Source: Utricularia gibba
Lineage: Eukaryota > Plantae > Magnoliophyta
Assembly: GCA_002189035.1 (NCBI GenBank)
Contig: NEEC01000149.1
Span: 1,676 to 65,675 of the forward strand
Direction: 5' to 3'
Length of the DNA: 64,000 nucleotides
A model generated the notes under the pieces. It did not search any database. It was not told where the DNA came from and saw nothing but the letters and a program-made list of their open reading frames with translations. Of the stretch, positions 39,301 through 53,900 are shown in pieces. The stretch's first letter is position 1; every line of letters begins with the position of its first letter. Position numbers and translations under genes: made by a program.

Positions 39301-41896
39301 GAGGAGGCGGTCTTGGGTGCACCTAGAACGGGACAAAGGTCAGGTTTGGCTTGCGCGAGAGTTAGTTGTAGCTCGGAAATAAAGTGATGTATTTATTAAC
39401 GTTCAGTTTTGGGGGCTGCCTACATGGTTTTTCAAGGAACAGCTTCTCGTTTTGTGGCGGCCAGTCTCGCTGGGAACTTGGTCCTTGACCCGATTGTATG
39501 GCTCATGGGTCAACCGGATGCAAATCGATTAAAAAAATGATGCCTTTGTTTAAATTACGATATCACGTGCACCCCACATGATTTTTTCAACAACTTACTT
39601 TATACTTGAGGAGGCGGTCTTGGGTGCACCTGGGACAAAGGTCAGGTTTGGCTTGCGCCGAGAGTTAGTTGTAGCTCGGAAATAAAGTGATGTATTTATT
39701 AACGTTCAGTTTTGGGGGCTGCCTACATGGTTTTTCAAGAACAGCTTCTCGTTTTGTGGCGGCCAGTCTCGCTGGGAACTTGGTCCTTGACCCCGATTCT
39801 GTATGGCTCATGAGGTCAACCGGATGGAAATCGATTAAAAAAATGATGCCTTTGTTTAAATTACGATATCACGTGCACCCCACATGATTTTTTCAACAAC
39901 TTACTTTATACTTGAGGAGGCGGTCTTGGGGTGCACCTAGAACGGGACAAAGGTCAGGTTTGGCTTGCGCCGAGAGTTAGTTGTAGCCGGCAAATAAAGT
40001 GATGTATTTATTAACGTTCAGTTTTCGGGGCTGCCTACATGGTTTTTCAAGGAACAGCTTCTCGTTTTGTGGCGGCCAGTCTCGCTGGGAACTTGGTCCT
40101 TGACCCCGATTCTGTATGGCTCATGAGGTCAACCGGATGCAAATCGATTAAAAAAATGATGCCTTTTTTAAATTACGATATCACGTGCACCCCACATGAT
40201 TTTTTCAACAACTTACTTTATACTTGAGGAGGCGGTCTTGGGGTGCACCTAGAACGGGACAAAGGTCAGGTTTGGCTTGCGCCGAGAGTTAGTTGTAGCT
40301 CGGCAAAAAAGTGATGTATTTATTAACGTTCAGTTTTTGGGGGCTGCCTACATGGTTTTTCAAGGAACAGCTTCTCGTTTTGTGGCGGCCAGTCTCGCTG
40401 GGAACTTGGTCCTTGACCCCGATTCTGTATGGCTCATGAGGTCAACCGGATGGAAATCGATTAAAAAAATGATGCCTTTTTTAAATTACGATATCACGTG
40501 CACCCCACATGATTTTTTCAACAACTTACTTTATACTTGAGGAGGCGGTCTTGGGTGCACCTAGAACGGGACAAAGGTCAGGTTTGGCTTGCGCCGAGAG
40601 TTAGTTGTATAATAAAGTGATGTATTTATTAACGTTCAGTTTTCGGGGCTGCCTACATGGTTTTTCAAGGAACAGCTTCTCGTTTTGTGGCGGCCAGTCT
40701 CGCTGGGAACTTGGTCCTTGACCCCGATTCTGTATGGCTCATGAGGTCAACCGGATGCAAATCGATTAAAAAAATGATGCCTTTGTTTAAATTACGATAT
40801 CACGTGCACCCCACATGATTTTTTCAACAACTTACTTTACTTGAGGAGGCGGTCTTGGGTGCACCTGAACGGGACAAAGGTCAGGTTTGGCTTGCGCCGA
40901 GAGTTAGTTGTAACACGGCAAATAAAGTGATGTATTTATTAACGTTCAGTTTTCGGGGGCTGCCTACATGGTTTTTCAAGGAACAGCTTCTCGTTTTGTG
41001 GCGGCCAGTCTCGCTGGGAACTTGGTCCTTGACCCCGATTCTGTATGGCTCATGAGGTCAACCGGATGGCAAATCGATTAAAAAAAATGCCTTTGTTTAA
41101 ATTACGATATCACGTGCACCCCATGATTTTTTCAACAACTTACTTTATACTTGAGGAGGCGGTCTTGGGGTGCACCTAGAACGGGACAAAGGTCAGGTTT
41201 GGCTTGCGCCGAGAGTTAGTTGTAGCTCGGCAAATAAAGTGATGTATTTATTAACGTTCAGTTTTTGGGCCTACATGGTTTTTCAAGAACAGCTTCTCGT
41301 TTTGTGGCGGCCAGTCTCGCTGGGAACTTGGTCCTTGACCCCGATTCTGTATGCTCATGAGGTCAACCGGATGGAAATCGATTAAAGAAAATGATGCTTT
41401 TTTAAATTACGATATCACGTGCACCCCACATGATTTTTTCAACAACTTACTTTATACTTGAGGAGGCGGTCTTGGGGTGCACCTAGAACGGGACAAAGGT
41501 CAGGTTTGGCTTGCGCCGAGAGTTAGTTGTAACTCGGCAAATAAAGTGATGTATTTATTAACGTTCAGTTTTCGGGGGCTGCCTACATGGTTTTTCAAGG
41601 AACAGCTTCTCGTTTTGTGGCGGCCAGTCTCGCTGGGAACTTGGTCCTTGACCCCGATTCTGTATGGCTCATGAGGTCAACCGGATGCAAATCGATTAAA
41701 AAAATGATGCCTTTGTTTAAATTACGATATCACGTGCACCCCACATGATTTTTTCAACAACTTACTTTATACTTGAGGAGGCGGTCTTGGGGTGCACCTA
41801 GAACGGGACAAAGGTCAGGTTTGGCTTGCGCCGAGAGTTAGTTGTAGCTCGGAAAATAAAGTGATGTATTTATTAACGTTCAGTTTTGGGGCTCCT

Positions 41897-41930
41897 ACAT
41901 GGTTTTTCAAGGAACTTGGGGTTTTATACT
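41897..41930. other. Half-monomer (~158-bp) deletion junction
   Basis: acatggtttttcaaggaac is followed by ttggggttttatacttgagg. The next head occurs ~151 bp after 41792 instead of ~315 bp. Confidence 0.85.
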
Positions 41931-44900
41931 TGAGGAGGCGGTCTTGGGTTAGAACGGGACAAAGGTCAGGTTTGGCTTGCGCCGAGAGTTAGTTGGGAAA
42001 TAAAGTGATGTATTTATTAACGTTCAGTTTTGGGGGCTGCCTACATGGTTTTTCAAGGAACAGCTTCTCGTTTTGTGGCGGCCAGTCTCGCTGGGAACTT
42101 GGTCCTTGACCCCGATTATGTATTGCTCATGAGGTCAACCGGATGCAAATTGATTAAAAAAATGATGCCTTTGTTTAAAATTACGATATCACGTGCACCC
42201 CACATGATTTTTTCAACAACTTACTTTATACTTGAGGAGGCGGTCTTGGGGTGCACCTAGAACGGGACAAAGGTCAGGTTTGGCTTGCGCCGAGAGTTAG
42301 TTGTAGCTCGGCAAAATAAAGTGATGTATTTATTAACGTTCAGTTTTCGGGGGCTGCCTACATGGTTTTTCAAGGAACAGCTTCTCGTTTTGTGGCGGCC
42401 AGTCTCGCTGGGAACTTGGTCCTTGACCCGATTATGTATGGCTCATGAGGTCAACCGGATGCAAATCGATTAAAAAAATGATGCCTTTGTTTAAATTACG
42501 ATATCACGTGCACCCACATGATTTTTCAACTTACTTTATACTTGAGGAGGCGGTCTTGGGTGCACCTAGAACGGGGACAAAGGTCAGGTTTGGCTTGCGC
42601 CGAGAGTTAGTTGTAGCTCGGAAAATAAAGTGATGTATTTATTAACGTTCAGTTTTGGGGGCTGCCTACATGGTTTTTCAAGGAACAGCTTCTCGTTTTG
42701 TGGCGGCCAGTCTCGCTGGGAACTTGGTCCTTGACCCCGATTCTGTATGGCTCATGAGGTCAACCGGATGCAAATCGATTAAAAAAAATGATGCCTTTGT
42801 TTAAATTACGATATCACGTGCACCCCATGATTTTTTCAACAACTTACTTTATACTTGAGGAGGCGGTCTTGGGGTGCACCTAGAACGGGACAAAGGTCAG
42901 GTTTGGCTTGCGCCGAGAGTTAGTTGTAGCTCGGAAAATAAAGTGATGTATTTATTAACGTTCAGTTTTTGGGGGCTGCCTACATGGTTTTTCAAGGAAC
43001 AGCTTCTCGTTTTGTGGCGGCCAGTCTCGCTGGGAACTTGGTCCTTGACCCCGATTATGTATGCTCATGAGGTCAACCGGATGCAAATCGATTAAAAAAA
43101 TGATGCTTTGTTTAAATTACGATATCACGTGCACCCACATGATTTTTTCAACAACTTACTTTATACTTGAGGAGGCGGTCTTGGGGTGCACCTAGAACGG
43201 GACAAAGGTCAGGTTTGGCTTGCGCCGAGAGTTAGTTGTAGCTCGGAAAATAAAGTGATGTATTTATTAACGTTCAGTTTTGGGGGCTGCCTACATGGTT
43301 TTTCAAGGAACAGCTTCTCGTTTTGTGGCGGCCAGTCTCGCTGGGAACTTGGTCCTTGACCCCGATTATGTATGCTCATGAGGTCAACCGGATGCAAATC
43401 GATTAAAAAAAATGATGCCTTTGTTTAAATTACGATATCACGTGCACCCCACATGATTTTTTCAACAACTTACTTTATACTTGAGGAGGCGGTCTTGGGG
43501 TGCACCTAGAACGGGACAAAGGTCAGGTTTGGCTTGCGCCGAGAGTTAGTTGTAGCTCGGCAAATAAAGTGATGTATTTATTAACGTTCAGTTTTCGGGG
43601 CTGCCTACATGGTTTTTCAAGGAACAGCTTCTCGTTTTGTGGCGGCCAGTCTCGCTGGGAACTTGGTCCTTGACCCCGATTCTGTATGGCTCATGAGGTC
43701 AACCGGATGCAAAATCGATTAAAAAAAATGATGCCTTTGTTTAAATTACGATATCACGTGCACCCCACATGATTTTTTCAACAACTTACTTTATACTTGA
43801 GGAGGCGGTCTTGGGGTGCACCTAGAACGGGACAAAGGTCAGGTTTGGCTTGCGCCGAGAGTTAGTTGTAGCTCGGAAAATAAAGTGATGTATTTTAACG
43901 TTCAGTTTTGGGGGCTGCCTACATGGTTTTTCAAGGAACAGCTTCTCGTTTTTGTGGCGGCCAGTCTCGCTGGGAACTTGGTCCTTGACCCCGATTCTGT
44001 ATGGCTCATGAGGTCAACCGGATGCAAATCGATTAAAAAAATGATGCCTTTGTTTAAATTACGATATCACGTGCACCCCACATGATTTTTTCAACAACTT
44101 ACTTTATACTTGAGGAGGCGGTCTTGGGGTGCACCTAGAACGGGACAAAGGTCAGGTTTGGCTTGCGCCGAGAGTTAGTTGTAGCTCGGAAAATAAAGTG
44201 ATGTATTTATTAACGTTCAGTTTTGGGGGCTGCCTACATGGTTTTTCAAGGAACAGCTTCTCGTTTTGTGGCGGCCAGTCTCGCTGGGAACTTGGTCCTT
44301 GACCCCGATTCTGTATGGCTCATGAGGTCAACCGGATGCAAATCGATTAAAAAAATGATGCCTTTGTTTAAATTACGATATCACGTGCACCCCACATGAT
44401 TTTTTCAACAACTTACTTTATACTTGAGGAGGCGGTCTTGGGGTGCACCTAGAACGGGACAAAGGTCAGGTTTGGCTTGCGCCGAGAGTTAGTTGTAGCT
44501 CGGAAAAAAGTGATGTATTTATTAACGTTCAGTTTTTGGGGCTGCCTACATGGTTTTTCAAGGAACAGCTTCTCGTTTTGTGGCGGCCAGTCTCGCTGGG
44601 AACTTGGTCCTTGACCCCGATTCTGTATGGCTCATGAGGTCAACCGGATGGAAATCGATTAAAGAAAATGATGCCTTTGTTTAAATTACGATATCACGTG
44701 CACCCACATGATTTTTTCAACAACTTACTTTATACTTGAGGAGGCGGTCTTGGGGTGCACCTAGAACGGGACAAAGGTCAGGTTTGGCTTGCGCGAGAGT
44801 TAGTTGTAGCTCGGCAAAATAAAGTGATGTATTTATTAACGTTCAGTTTTGGGGGCTGCCTACATGGTTTTTCAAGGAACAGCTTCTCGTTTTGTGGCGG

Positions 44901-47900
44901 CCAGTCTCGCTGGGAACTTGGTCCTTGACCCCGATTATGTATGCTCATGAGGTCAACCGGATGCAAATCGATTAAAAAAATGATGCCTTTGTTTAAATTA
45001 CGATATCACGTGCACCCCACATGATTTTTTCAACAACTTACTTTATACTTGAGGAGGCGGTCTTGGGGTGCACCTAGAACGGGACAAAGGTCAGGTTTGG
45101 CTTGCGCCGAGAGTTAGTTGTAGCTCGGAAAATAAAGTGATGTATTTATTAACGTTCAGTTTTGGGGGCTGCCTACATGGTTTTTCAAGGAACAGCTTCT
45201 CGTTTTGTGGCGGCCAGTCTCGCTGGGAACTTGGTCCTTGACCCGATTCTGTATGGCTCATGAGGTCAACCGGATGCAAATCGATTAAAAAAATGATGCC
45301 TTTGTTTAAATTACGATATCACGTGCACCCACATGATTTTTTCAACAACTTACTTTATACTTGAGGAGGCGGTCTTGGGTGCACCTAGAACGGGACAAAG
45401 GTCAGGTTTGGCTTGCGCCGAGAGTTAGTTGTAGCTCGGAAATAAAGTGATGTATTTATTAACGTTCAGTTTTGGGGGGCTGCCTACATGGTTTTTCAAG
45501 GAACAGCTTCTCGTTTTGTGGCGGCCAGTCTCGCTGGGAACTTGGTCCTTGACCCCGATTATGTATGGCTCATGAGGTCAACCGGATGCAAATTGATTAA
45601 AAAAAATGATGCCTTTTTTAAATTACGATATCACGTGCACCCCACATGATTTTTTCAACAACTTACTTTATACTTGAGGAGGCGGTCTTGGGGTGCACCT
45701 AGAACGGGACAAAGGTCAGGTTTGGCTTGCGCAGAGTTAGTTGTAGCTCGGAAAATAAAGTGATGTATTTATTAACGTTCAGTTTTTTGGGGGCTGCCTA
45801 CATGGTTTTTCAAGGAACAGCTTCTCGTTTTGTGGCCAGTCTCGCTGGGAACTTGGTCCTTGACCCCGATTCTGTATGGCTCATGAGGTCAACCGGATGC
45901 AAATCGATTAAAAAAATGATGCCTTTGTTTAAATTACGATATCACGTGCACCCACATGATTTTTTCAACAACTTACTTTATACTTGAGGAGGCGGTCTTG
46001 GGGTGCACCTAGAACGGGACAAAGGTCAGGTTTGGCTTGCGCCGAGAGTTAGTTGTAGCTCGGAAATAAAGTGATGTATTTATTAACGTTCAGTTTTTGG
46101 GGGCTGCCTACATGGTTTTTCAAGGAACAGCTTCTCGTTTTGTGGCGGCCAGTCTCGCTGGGAACTTGGTCCTTGACCCCGATTCTGTATGGCTCATGAG
46201 GTCAACCGGATGAAATCGATTAAAGAAAATGATGCCTTTCTTTAAATTACGATATCACGTGCACCCCACATGATTTTTTCAACAACTTACTTTATACTTG
46301 AGGAGGCGGTCTTGGGGCACCTAGAACGGGACAAAGGTCAGGTTTGGCTTGCGCCGAGAGTTAGTTGTAGCTCGGCAAATAAAGTGATGTATTTATTAAC
46401 GTTCAGTTTTTGGGGCTGCCTACATGGTTTTTCAAGGAACAGCTTCTCGTTTTGTGGCGGCCAGTCTCGCTGGGAACTTGGTCCTTGACCCCGATTATGT
46501 ATGCTCATGAGGTCAACCGGATGCAAATTGATTAAAAAAATGATGCCTTTGTTTAAATTACGATATCACGTGCACCCCACATGATTTTTTCAACAACTTA
46601 CTTTATACTTGAGGAGGCGGTCTTGGGTGCACCTAGAACGGGACAAAGGTCAGGTTTGGCTTGCGCCGAGAGTTAGTTGTAGCTCGGAAAATAAAGTGAT
46701 GTATTTATTAACGTTCAGTTTTTGGGGGCTGCCTACATGGTTTTTCAAGGAACAGCTTCTCGTTTTGTGGCGGCCAGTCTCGCTGGGAACTTGGTCCTTG
46801 ACCCCGATTCTGTATGGCTCATGAGGTCAACCGGATGCAAATCGATTAAAAAAATGATGCCTTTGTTTAAATTACGATATCACGTGCACCCCACATGATT
46901 TTTTCAACAACTTACTTTATACTTGAGGAGGCGGTCTTGGGGTGCACCTAGAACGGGACAAAGGTCAGGTTTGGCTTGCGCCGAGAGTTAGTTGTAGCTC
47001 GGAAATAAAGTGATGTATTTATTAACGTTCAGTTTTGGGGGCTGCCTACATGGTTTTTCAAGGAACAGCTTCTCGTTTTGTGGCGGCCAGTCTCGCTGGG
47101 AACTTGGTCCTTGACCCCGATTCTGTATGGCTCATGAGGTCAACCGGATGCAAATCGATTAAAGAAAATGATGCCTTTTTAAATTACGATATCACGTGCA
47201 CCCCACATGATTTTTTCAACAACTTACTTTATACTTGAGGAGGCGGTCTTGGGGTGCACCTAGAACGGGACAAAGGTCAGGTTTGGCTTGCGCCGAGAGT
47301 TAGTTGTAGCTCGGAAAATAAAGTGATGTATTTATTAACGTTCAGTTTTGGGGGCTGCCTACATGGTTTTTCAAGGAACAGCTTCTCGTTTTGTGGCGGC
47401 CAGTCTCGCTGGGAACTTGGTCCTTGACCCCGATTCTGTATGGCTCATGAGGTCAACCGGATGCAAATCGATTAAAAAAATGATGCCTTTGTTTAAATTA
47501 CGATATCACGTGCACCCCACATGATTTTTTCAACAACTTACTTTATACTTGAGGAGGCGGTCTTGGGGTGCACCTAGAACGGGACAAGGTCAGGTTTGGC
47601 TTGCGCCGAGAGTTAGTTGTAGCTCGGAAAATAAAGTGATGTATTTATTAACGTTCAGTTTTCGGGGGCTGCCTACATGGTTTTTCAAGGAACAGCTTCT
47701 CGTTTTGTGGCGGCCAGTCTCGCTGGGAACTTGGTCCTTGACCCCGATTCTGTATGGCTCATGAGGTCAACCGGATGGAAATCGATTAAAAAAAATGATG
47801 CCTTTGTTTAAATTACGATATCACGTGCACCCCACATGATTTTTTCAACAACTTACTTTATACTTGAGGAGGGTCTTGGGGTGCACCTAGAACGGGACAA

Positions 47901-50900
47901 AGGTCAGGTTTGGCTTGCGCCGAGAGTTAGTTGTAGCTCGGAAAATAAAGTGATGTATTTATTAACGTTCAGTTTTGGGGCTGCCTACATGGTTTTTCAA
48001 GGAACAGCTTCTCGTTTTGTGGCGCCAGTCTCGCTGGGAACTTGGTCCTTGACCCCGATTCTGTATGGCTCATGAGGTCAACCGGATGGAAATCGATTAA
48101 AAAAAATGATGCCTTTCTTTAAATTACGATATCACGTGCACCCCACATGATTTTTTCAACAACTTACTTTATACTTGAGGAGGCGGTCTTGGGGTGCACC
48201 TAGAACGGGACAAAGGTCAGGTTTGGCTTGCGCCGAGAGTTAGTTGTAGCGGCAAATAAAGTGATGTATTTATTAACGTTCAGTTTTCGGGGGGCTGCCT
48301 ACATGGTTTTTCAAGGAACAGCTTCTCGTTTTGTGGCGGCCAGTCTCGCTGGGAACTTGGTCCTTGACCCGATTGTATGCTCATGAGGTCAACCGGATGC
48401 AAATCGATTAAAAAAATGATGCCTTTGTTTAAATTACGATATCACGTGCACCCCACATGATTTTTTCAACAACTTACTTTATACTTGAGGAGGCGGTCTT
48501 GGGGTGCACCTAGAACGGGACAAAGGTCAGGTTTGGCTTGCGCCGAGAGTTAGTTGTAGCTCGGCAAATAAAGTGATGTATTTATTAACGTTCAGTTTTG
48601 GGGGCTGCCTACATGGTTTTTCAAGGAACAGCTTCTCGTTTTGTGGCGGCCAGTCTCGCTGGGAACTTGGTCCTTGACCCCGATTATGTATGGCTCATGA
48701 GGTCAACCGGATGCAAATTGATTAAAAAAATGATGCCTTTGTTAAAATTACGATATCACGTGCACCCCACATGATTTTTTCAACAACTTACTTTATACTT
48801 GAGGAGGCGGTCTTGGGGTGCACCTAGAACGGGACAAAGGTCAGGTTTGGCTTGCGCCGAGAGTTAGTTGTAGCTCGGAAAATAAAGTGATGTATTTATT
48901 AACGTTCAGTTTTGGGGGCTGCCTACATGGTTTTTCAAGGAACAGCTTCTCGTTTTGTGGCGGCCAGTCTCGCTGGGAACTTGGTCCTTGACCCCGATTC
49001 TGTATGGCTCATGAGGTCAACCGGATGCAAATCGATTAAAAAAATGATGCCTTTGTTTAAATTACGATATCACGTGCACCCACATGATTTTTTCAACAAC
49101 TTACTTTATACTTGAGGAGGCGGTCTTGGGGTGCACCTAGAACGGGACAAAGGTCAGGTTTGGCTTGCGCCGAGAGTTAGTTGTAGCTCGGAAATAAAGT
49201 GATGTATTTATTAACGTTCAGTTTTTGGGGGCTGCCTACATGGTTTTTCAAGGAACAGCTTCTCGTTTTGTGGCGGCCAGTCTCGCTGGGAACTTGGTCC
49301 TTGACCCCGATTCTGTATGGCTCATGAGGTCAACCGGATGGAAATCGATTAAAAAAAATGATGCCTTTTTTAAATTACGATATCACGTGCACCCACATGA
49401 TTTTTTCAACAACTTACTTTATACTTGAGGAGGCGGTCTTGGGGTGCACCTAGAACGGGACAAAGGTCAGGTTTGGCTTGCGCCGAGAGTTAGTTGTAGC
49501 TCGGAAATAAAGTGATGTATTTATTAACGTTCAGTTTTGGGGGCTGCCTACATGGTTTTTCAAGGAACAGCTTCTCGTTTTGTGGCGGCCAGTCTCGCTG
49601 GGAACTTGGTCCTTGACCCCGATTGTATGCTCATGAGGTCAACCGGATGCAAATTGATTAAAAAATGATGCCTTTTGTTAAATTACGATATCACGTGCAC
49701 CCCACATGATTTTTTCAACAACTTACTTTATACTTGAGGAGGCGGTCTTGGGGTGCACCTAGAACGGGACAAAGGTCAGGTTTGGCTTGCGCCGAGAGTT
49801 AGTTGTAGCTCGGAAAATAAAGTGATGTATTTATTAACGTTCAGTTTTTGGGGGCTGCCTACATGGTTTTTCAAGGAACAGCTTCTCGTTTTGTGGCGGC
49901 CAGTCTCGCTGGGAACTTGGTCCTTGACCCCGATTCTGTATGCTCATGAGGTCAACCGGATGCAAATCGATTAAAAAAATGATGCCTTGTTTAAATTACG
50001 ATATCACGTGCACCCCACATGATTTTTTCAACAACTTACTTTATACTTGAGGAGGCGGTCTTGGGGTGCACCTAGAACGGGACAAAGGTCAGGTTTGGCT
50101 TGCGCCGAGAGTTAGTTGTAGCTCGGAAAATAAAGTGATGTATTTATTAACGTTCAGTTTTGGGGGCTGCCTACATGGTTTTTCAAGGAACAGCTTCTCG
50201 TTTTGTGGCGGCCAGTCTCGCTGGGAACTTGGTCCTTGACCCCGATTCTGTATGGCTCATGAGGTCAACCGGATGCAAATCGATTAAAAAAATGATGCCT
50301 TTGTTTAAATTACGATATCACGTGCACCCCACATGATTTTTTCAACAACTTACTTTATACTTGAGGAGGCGGTCTTGGGTGCACCTAGAACGGGACAAAG
50401 GTCAGGTTTGGCTTGCGCCGAGAGTTAGTTGTAGCTCGGAAATAAAGTGATGTATTTATTAACGTTCAGTTTTGGGGGCTGCCTACATGGTTTTTCAAGG
50501 AACAGCTTCTCGTTTTGTGGCGGCCAGTCTCGCTGGGAACTTGGTCCTTGACCCCGATTATGTATGGCTCATGAGGTCAACCGGATGCAAATCGATTAAA
50601 AAAATGATGCCTTTGTTTAAATTACGATATCACGTGCACCCCACATGATTTTTTCAACAACTTACTTTATACTTGAGGAGGCGGTCTTGGGTGCACCTAG
50701 AACGGGACAAAGGTCAGGTTTGGCTTGCGCCGAGAGTTAGTTGTAGCTCGGAAAATAAAGTGATGTATTTATTAACGTTCAGTTTTCGGGGGCTGCCTAC
50801 ATGGTTTTTCAAGGAACAGCTTCTCGTTTTGTGGCGGCCAGTCTCGCTGGGAACTTGGTCCTTGACCCCGATTCTGTATGGCTCATGAGGTCAACCGGAT

Positions 50901-53900
50901 GCAAATCGATTAAAAAAATGATGCCTTTGTTTAAATTACGATATCACGTGCACCCCACATGATTTTTTCAACAACTTACTTTATACTTGAGGAGGCGGTC
51001 TTGGGGTGCACCTGAACGGGACAAAGGTCAGGTTTGGCTTGCGCCGAGAGTTAGTTGTAGCTCGGCAAATAAAGTGATGTATTTATTAACGTTCAGTTTT
51101 TGGGGGCTGCCTACATGGTTTTTCAAGGAACAGCTTCTCGTTTTGTGGCGGCCAGTCTCGCTGGAACTTGGTCCTGACCCCGATTCTGTATGGCTCATGA
51201 GGTCAACCGGATGGAAATCGATTAAAAAAATGATGCCTTTTTTAAATTACGATATCACGTGCACCCCACATGATTTTTTCAACAACTTACTTTATACTTG
51301 TGGAGGAGGCGGTCTTGGGTGCACCTGGAACGGGACAAAGGTCAGGTTTGGCTTGCGCCGAGAGTTAGTTGTAGCAAAAATAAAGTGATGTATTTATTAA
51401 CGTTCAGTTTTCGGGGGCTGCCTACATGGTTTTTCAAGGAACAGCTTCTCGTTTTGTGGCGGCCAGTCTCGCTGGGAACTTGGTCCTTGACCCCGATTCT
51501 GTATGCTCATGAGGTCAACCGGATGCAAATTGATTAAAAAAATGATGCCTTTGTTAAATTACGATATCACGTGCACCCCACATGATTTTTTCAACAACTT
51601 ACTTTATACTTGAGGAGGCGGTCTTGGGTGCACCTAGAACGGACAAAGGTCAGGTTTGGCTTGCGCGAGAGTTAGTTGTAGCTCGGAAAATAAAGTGATG
51701 TATTTATTAACGTTCAGTTTTTGGGGGCTGCCTACATGGTTTTTCAAGGAACAGCTTCTCGTTTTGTGGCGGCCAGTCTCGCTGGGAACTTGGTCCTTGA
51801 CCCCGATTATGTATGCTCATGAGGTCAACCGGATGCAAATCGATTAAAAAAAATGATGCCTTTGTTTAAATTACGATATCACGTGCACCCCACATGATTT
51901 TTTCAACAACTTACTTTATACTTGGGAGGCGTCTTGGGGCACCTAGAACGGGACAAAGGTCAGTTTTGGCTTGCGCGAGAGTTAGTTGTAGCTCGGAAAA
52001 TAAAGTGATGTATTTATTAACGTTCAGTTTTGGGGGGCTGCCTACATGGTTTTTCAAGGAACAGCTTCTCGTTTTGTGGCGGCCAGTCTCGCTGGGAACT
52101 TGGTCCTTGACCCCGATTATGTATGCTCATGAGGTCAACCGGATGCAAATTGATTAAAAAAATGATGCCTTTGTTAAAATTACGATATCACGTGCACCCC
52201 ACATGATTTTTTCAACAACTTACTTTATACTTGAGGAGGCGGTCTTGGGGTGCACCTAGAACGGACAAAGGTCAGTTTGGCTTGCGCCGAGAGTTAGTTG
52301 TAGCTCGGAAAATAAAGTGATGTATTTATTAACGTTCAGTTTTTGGGGGCTCCCTACATGGTTTTTCAAGAACAGCTTCTCATTTTGTGGCGGCCAGTCT
52401 CGCTGGGAACTTGGTCCTTGACCCGATTCTGTATGGCTCATGAGGTCAACCGGATGCAAATCGATTAAAGAAAATGATGCCTTTTTTAAATTACGATATC
52501 ACGTGCACCCCATTTATACTTGAGGAGGCGGTCTTGGGGTGCACCTAGAACGGGACAAAGGTCAGGTTTGGCTTGCGCCGAGAGTTAGTTGTAGCTCGGA
52601 AAATAAAGTGATGTATTTATTAACGTTCAGTTTTTGGGGGCTGCCTACATGGTTTTTCAAGGAACAGCTTCTCGTTTTGTGGCGGCCAGTCTCGCTGGGA
52701 ACTTGGTCCTTGACCCCGATTATGTATGGCTCATGAGGTCAACCGGATGCAAATCGATTAAAAAAATGATGCCTTTGTTTAAATTACGATATCACGTGCA
52801 CCCCACATGATTTTTTCAACAACTTCTTTATACTTGAGGAGGCGGTCTTGGGTGCACCTGGAACGGGACAAAGGTCAGGTTTGGCTTGCGCCGAGAGTTA
52901 GTTGTAGCTCGGAAAAAAGTGATGTATTTATTAACGTTCAGTTTTTGGGGGCTGCCTACATGGTTTTTCAAGGAACAGCTTCTCGTTTTGTGGCGGCCAG
53001 TCTCGCTGGGAACTTGGTCCTTGACCCCGATTATGTATGCTCATGAGGTCAACCGGATGCAAATCGATTAAAAAAAATGATGCCTTTTTTAAATTACGAT
53101 ATCACGTGCACCCCACATGATTTTTTCAACAACTTACTTTATACTTGAGGAGGCGGTCTTGGGGTGCACCTAGAACGGGACAAAGGTCAGGTTTGGCTTG
53201 CGCCGAGAGTTAGTTGTAGCGAAATAAAGTGATGTATTTATTAACGTTCAGTTTTGGGCCCTACATGGTTTTTCAAGGAAGCTTCTCGTTTTGTGGCGGC
53301 CAGTCTCGCTGGGAACTTGGTCCTTGACCCCGATTATGTATGCTCATGAGGTCAACCGGATGCAAATCGATTAAAAAATGATGCCTTTGTTTAAATTACG
53401 ATATCACGTGCACCCCACATGATTTTTTCAACAACTTACTTTATACTTGAGGAGGCGGTCTTGGGTGCACCTAGAACGGGACAAAGGTCAGGTTTGGCTT
53501 GCGCCGAGAGTTAGTTGTAGCTCGGCAAATAAAGTGATGTATTTATTAACGTTCAGTTTTTGGGGGCTGCCTACATGGTTTTTCAAGGAACAGCTTCTCG
53601 TTTTGTGGCGGCCAGTCTCGCTGGAACTTGGTCCTTGACCCCGATTCTGTATGGCTCATGAGGTCAACCGGATGAAATCGATTAAAAAAATGATGCCTTT
53701 TTTAAATTACGATATCACGTGCACCCCACATGATTTTTTCAACAACTTACTTTATACTTGTGGAGGCGGTCTTGGGGTGCACCTGGAACGGGACAAAGGT
53801 CAGGTTTGGCTTGCGCGAGAGTTAGTTGTAGCTCGGAAATAAAGTGATGTATTTATTAACGTTCAGTTTTGGGGGGCTGCCTACATGGTTTTTCAAGGAA

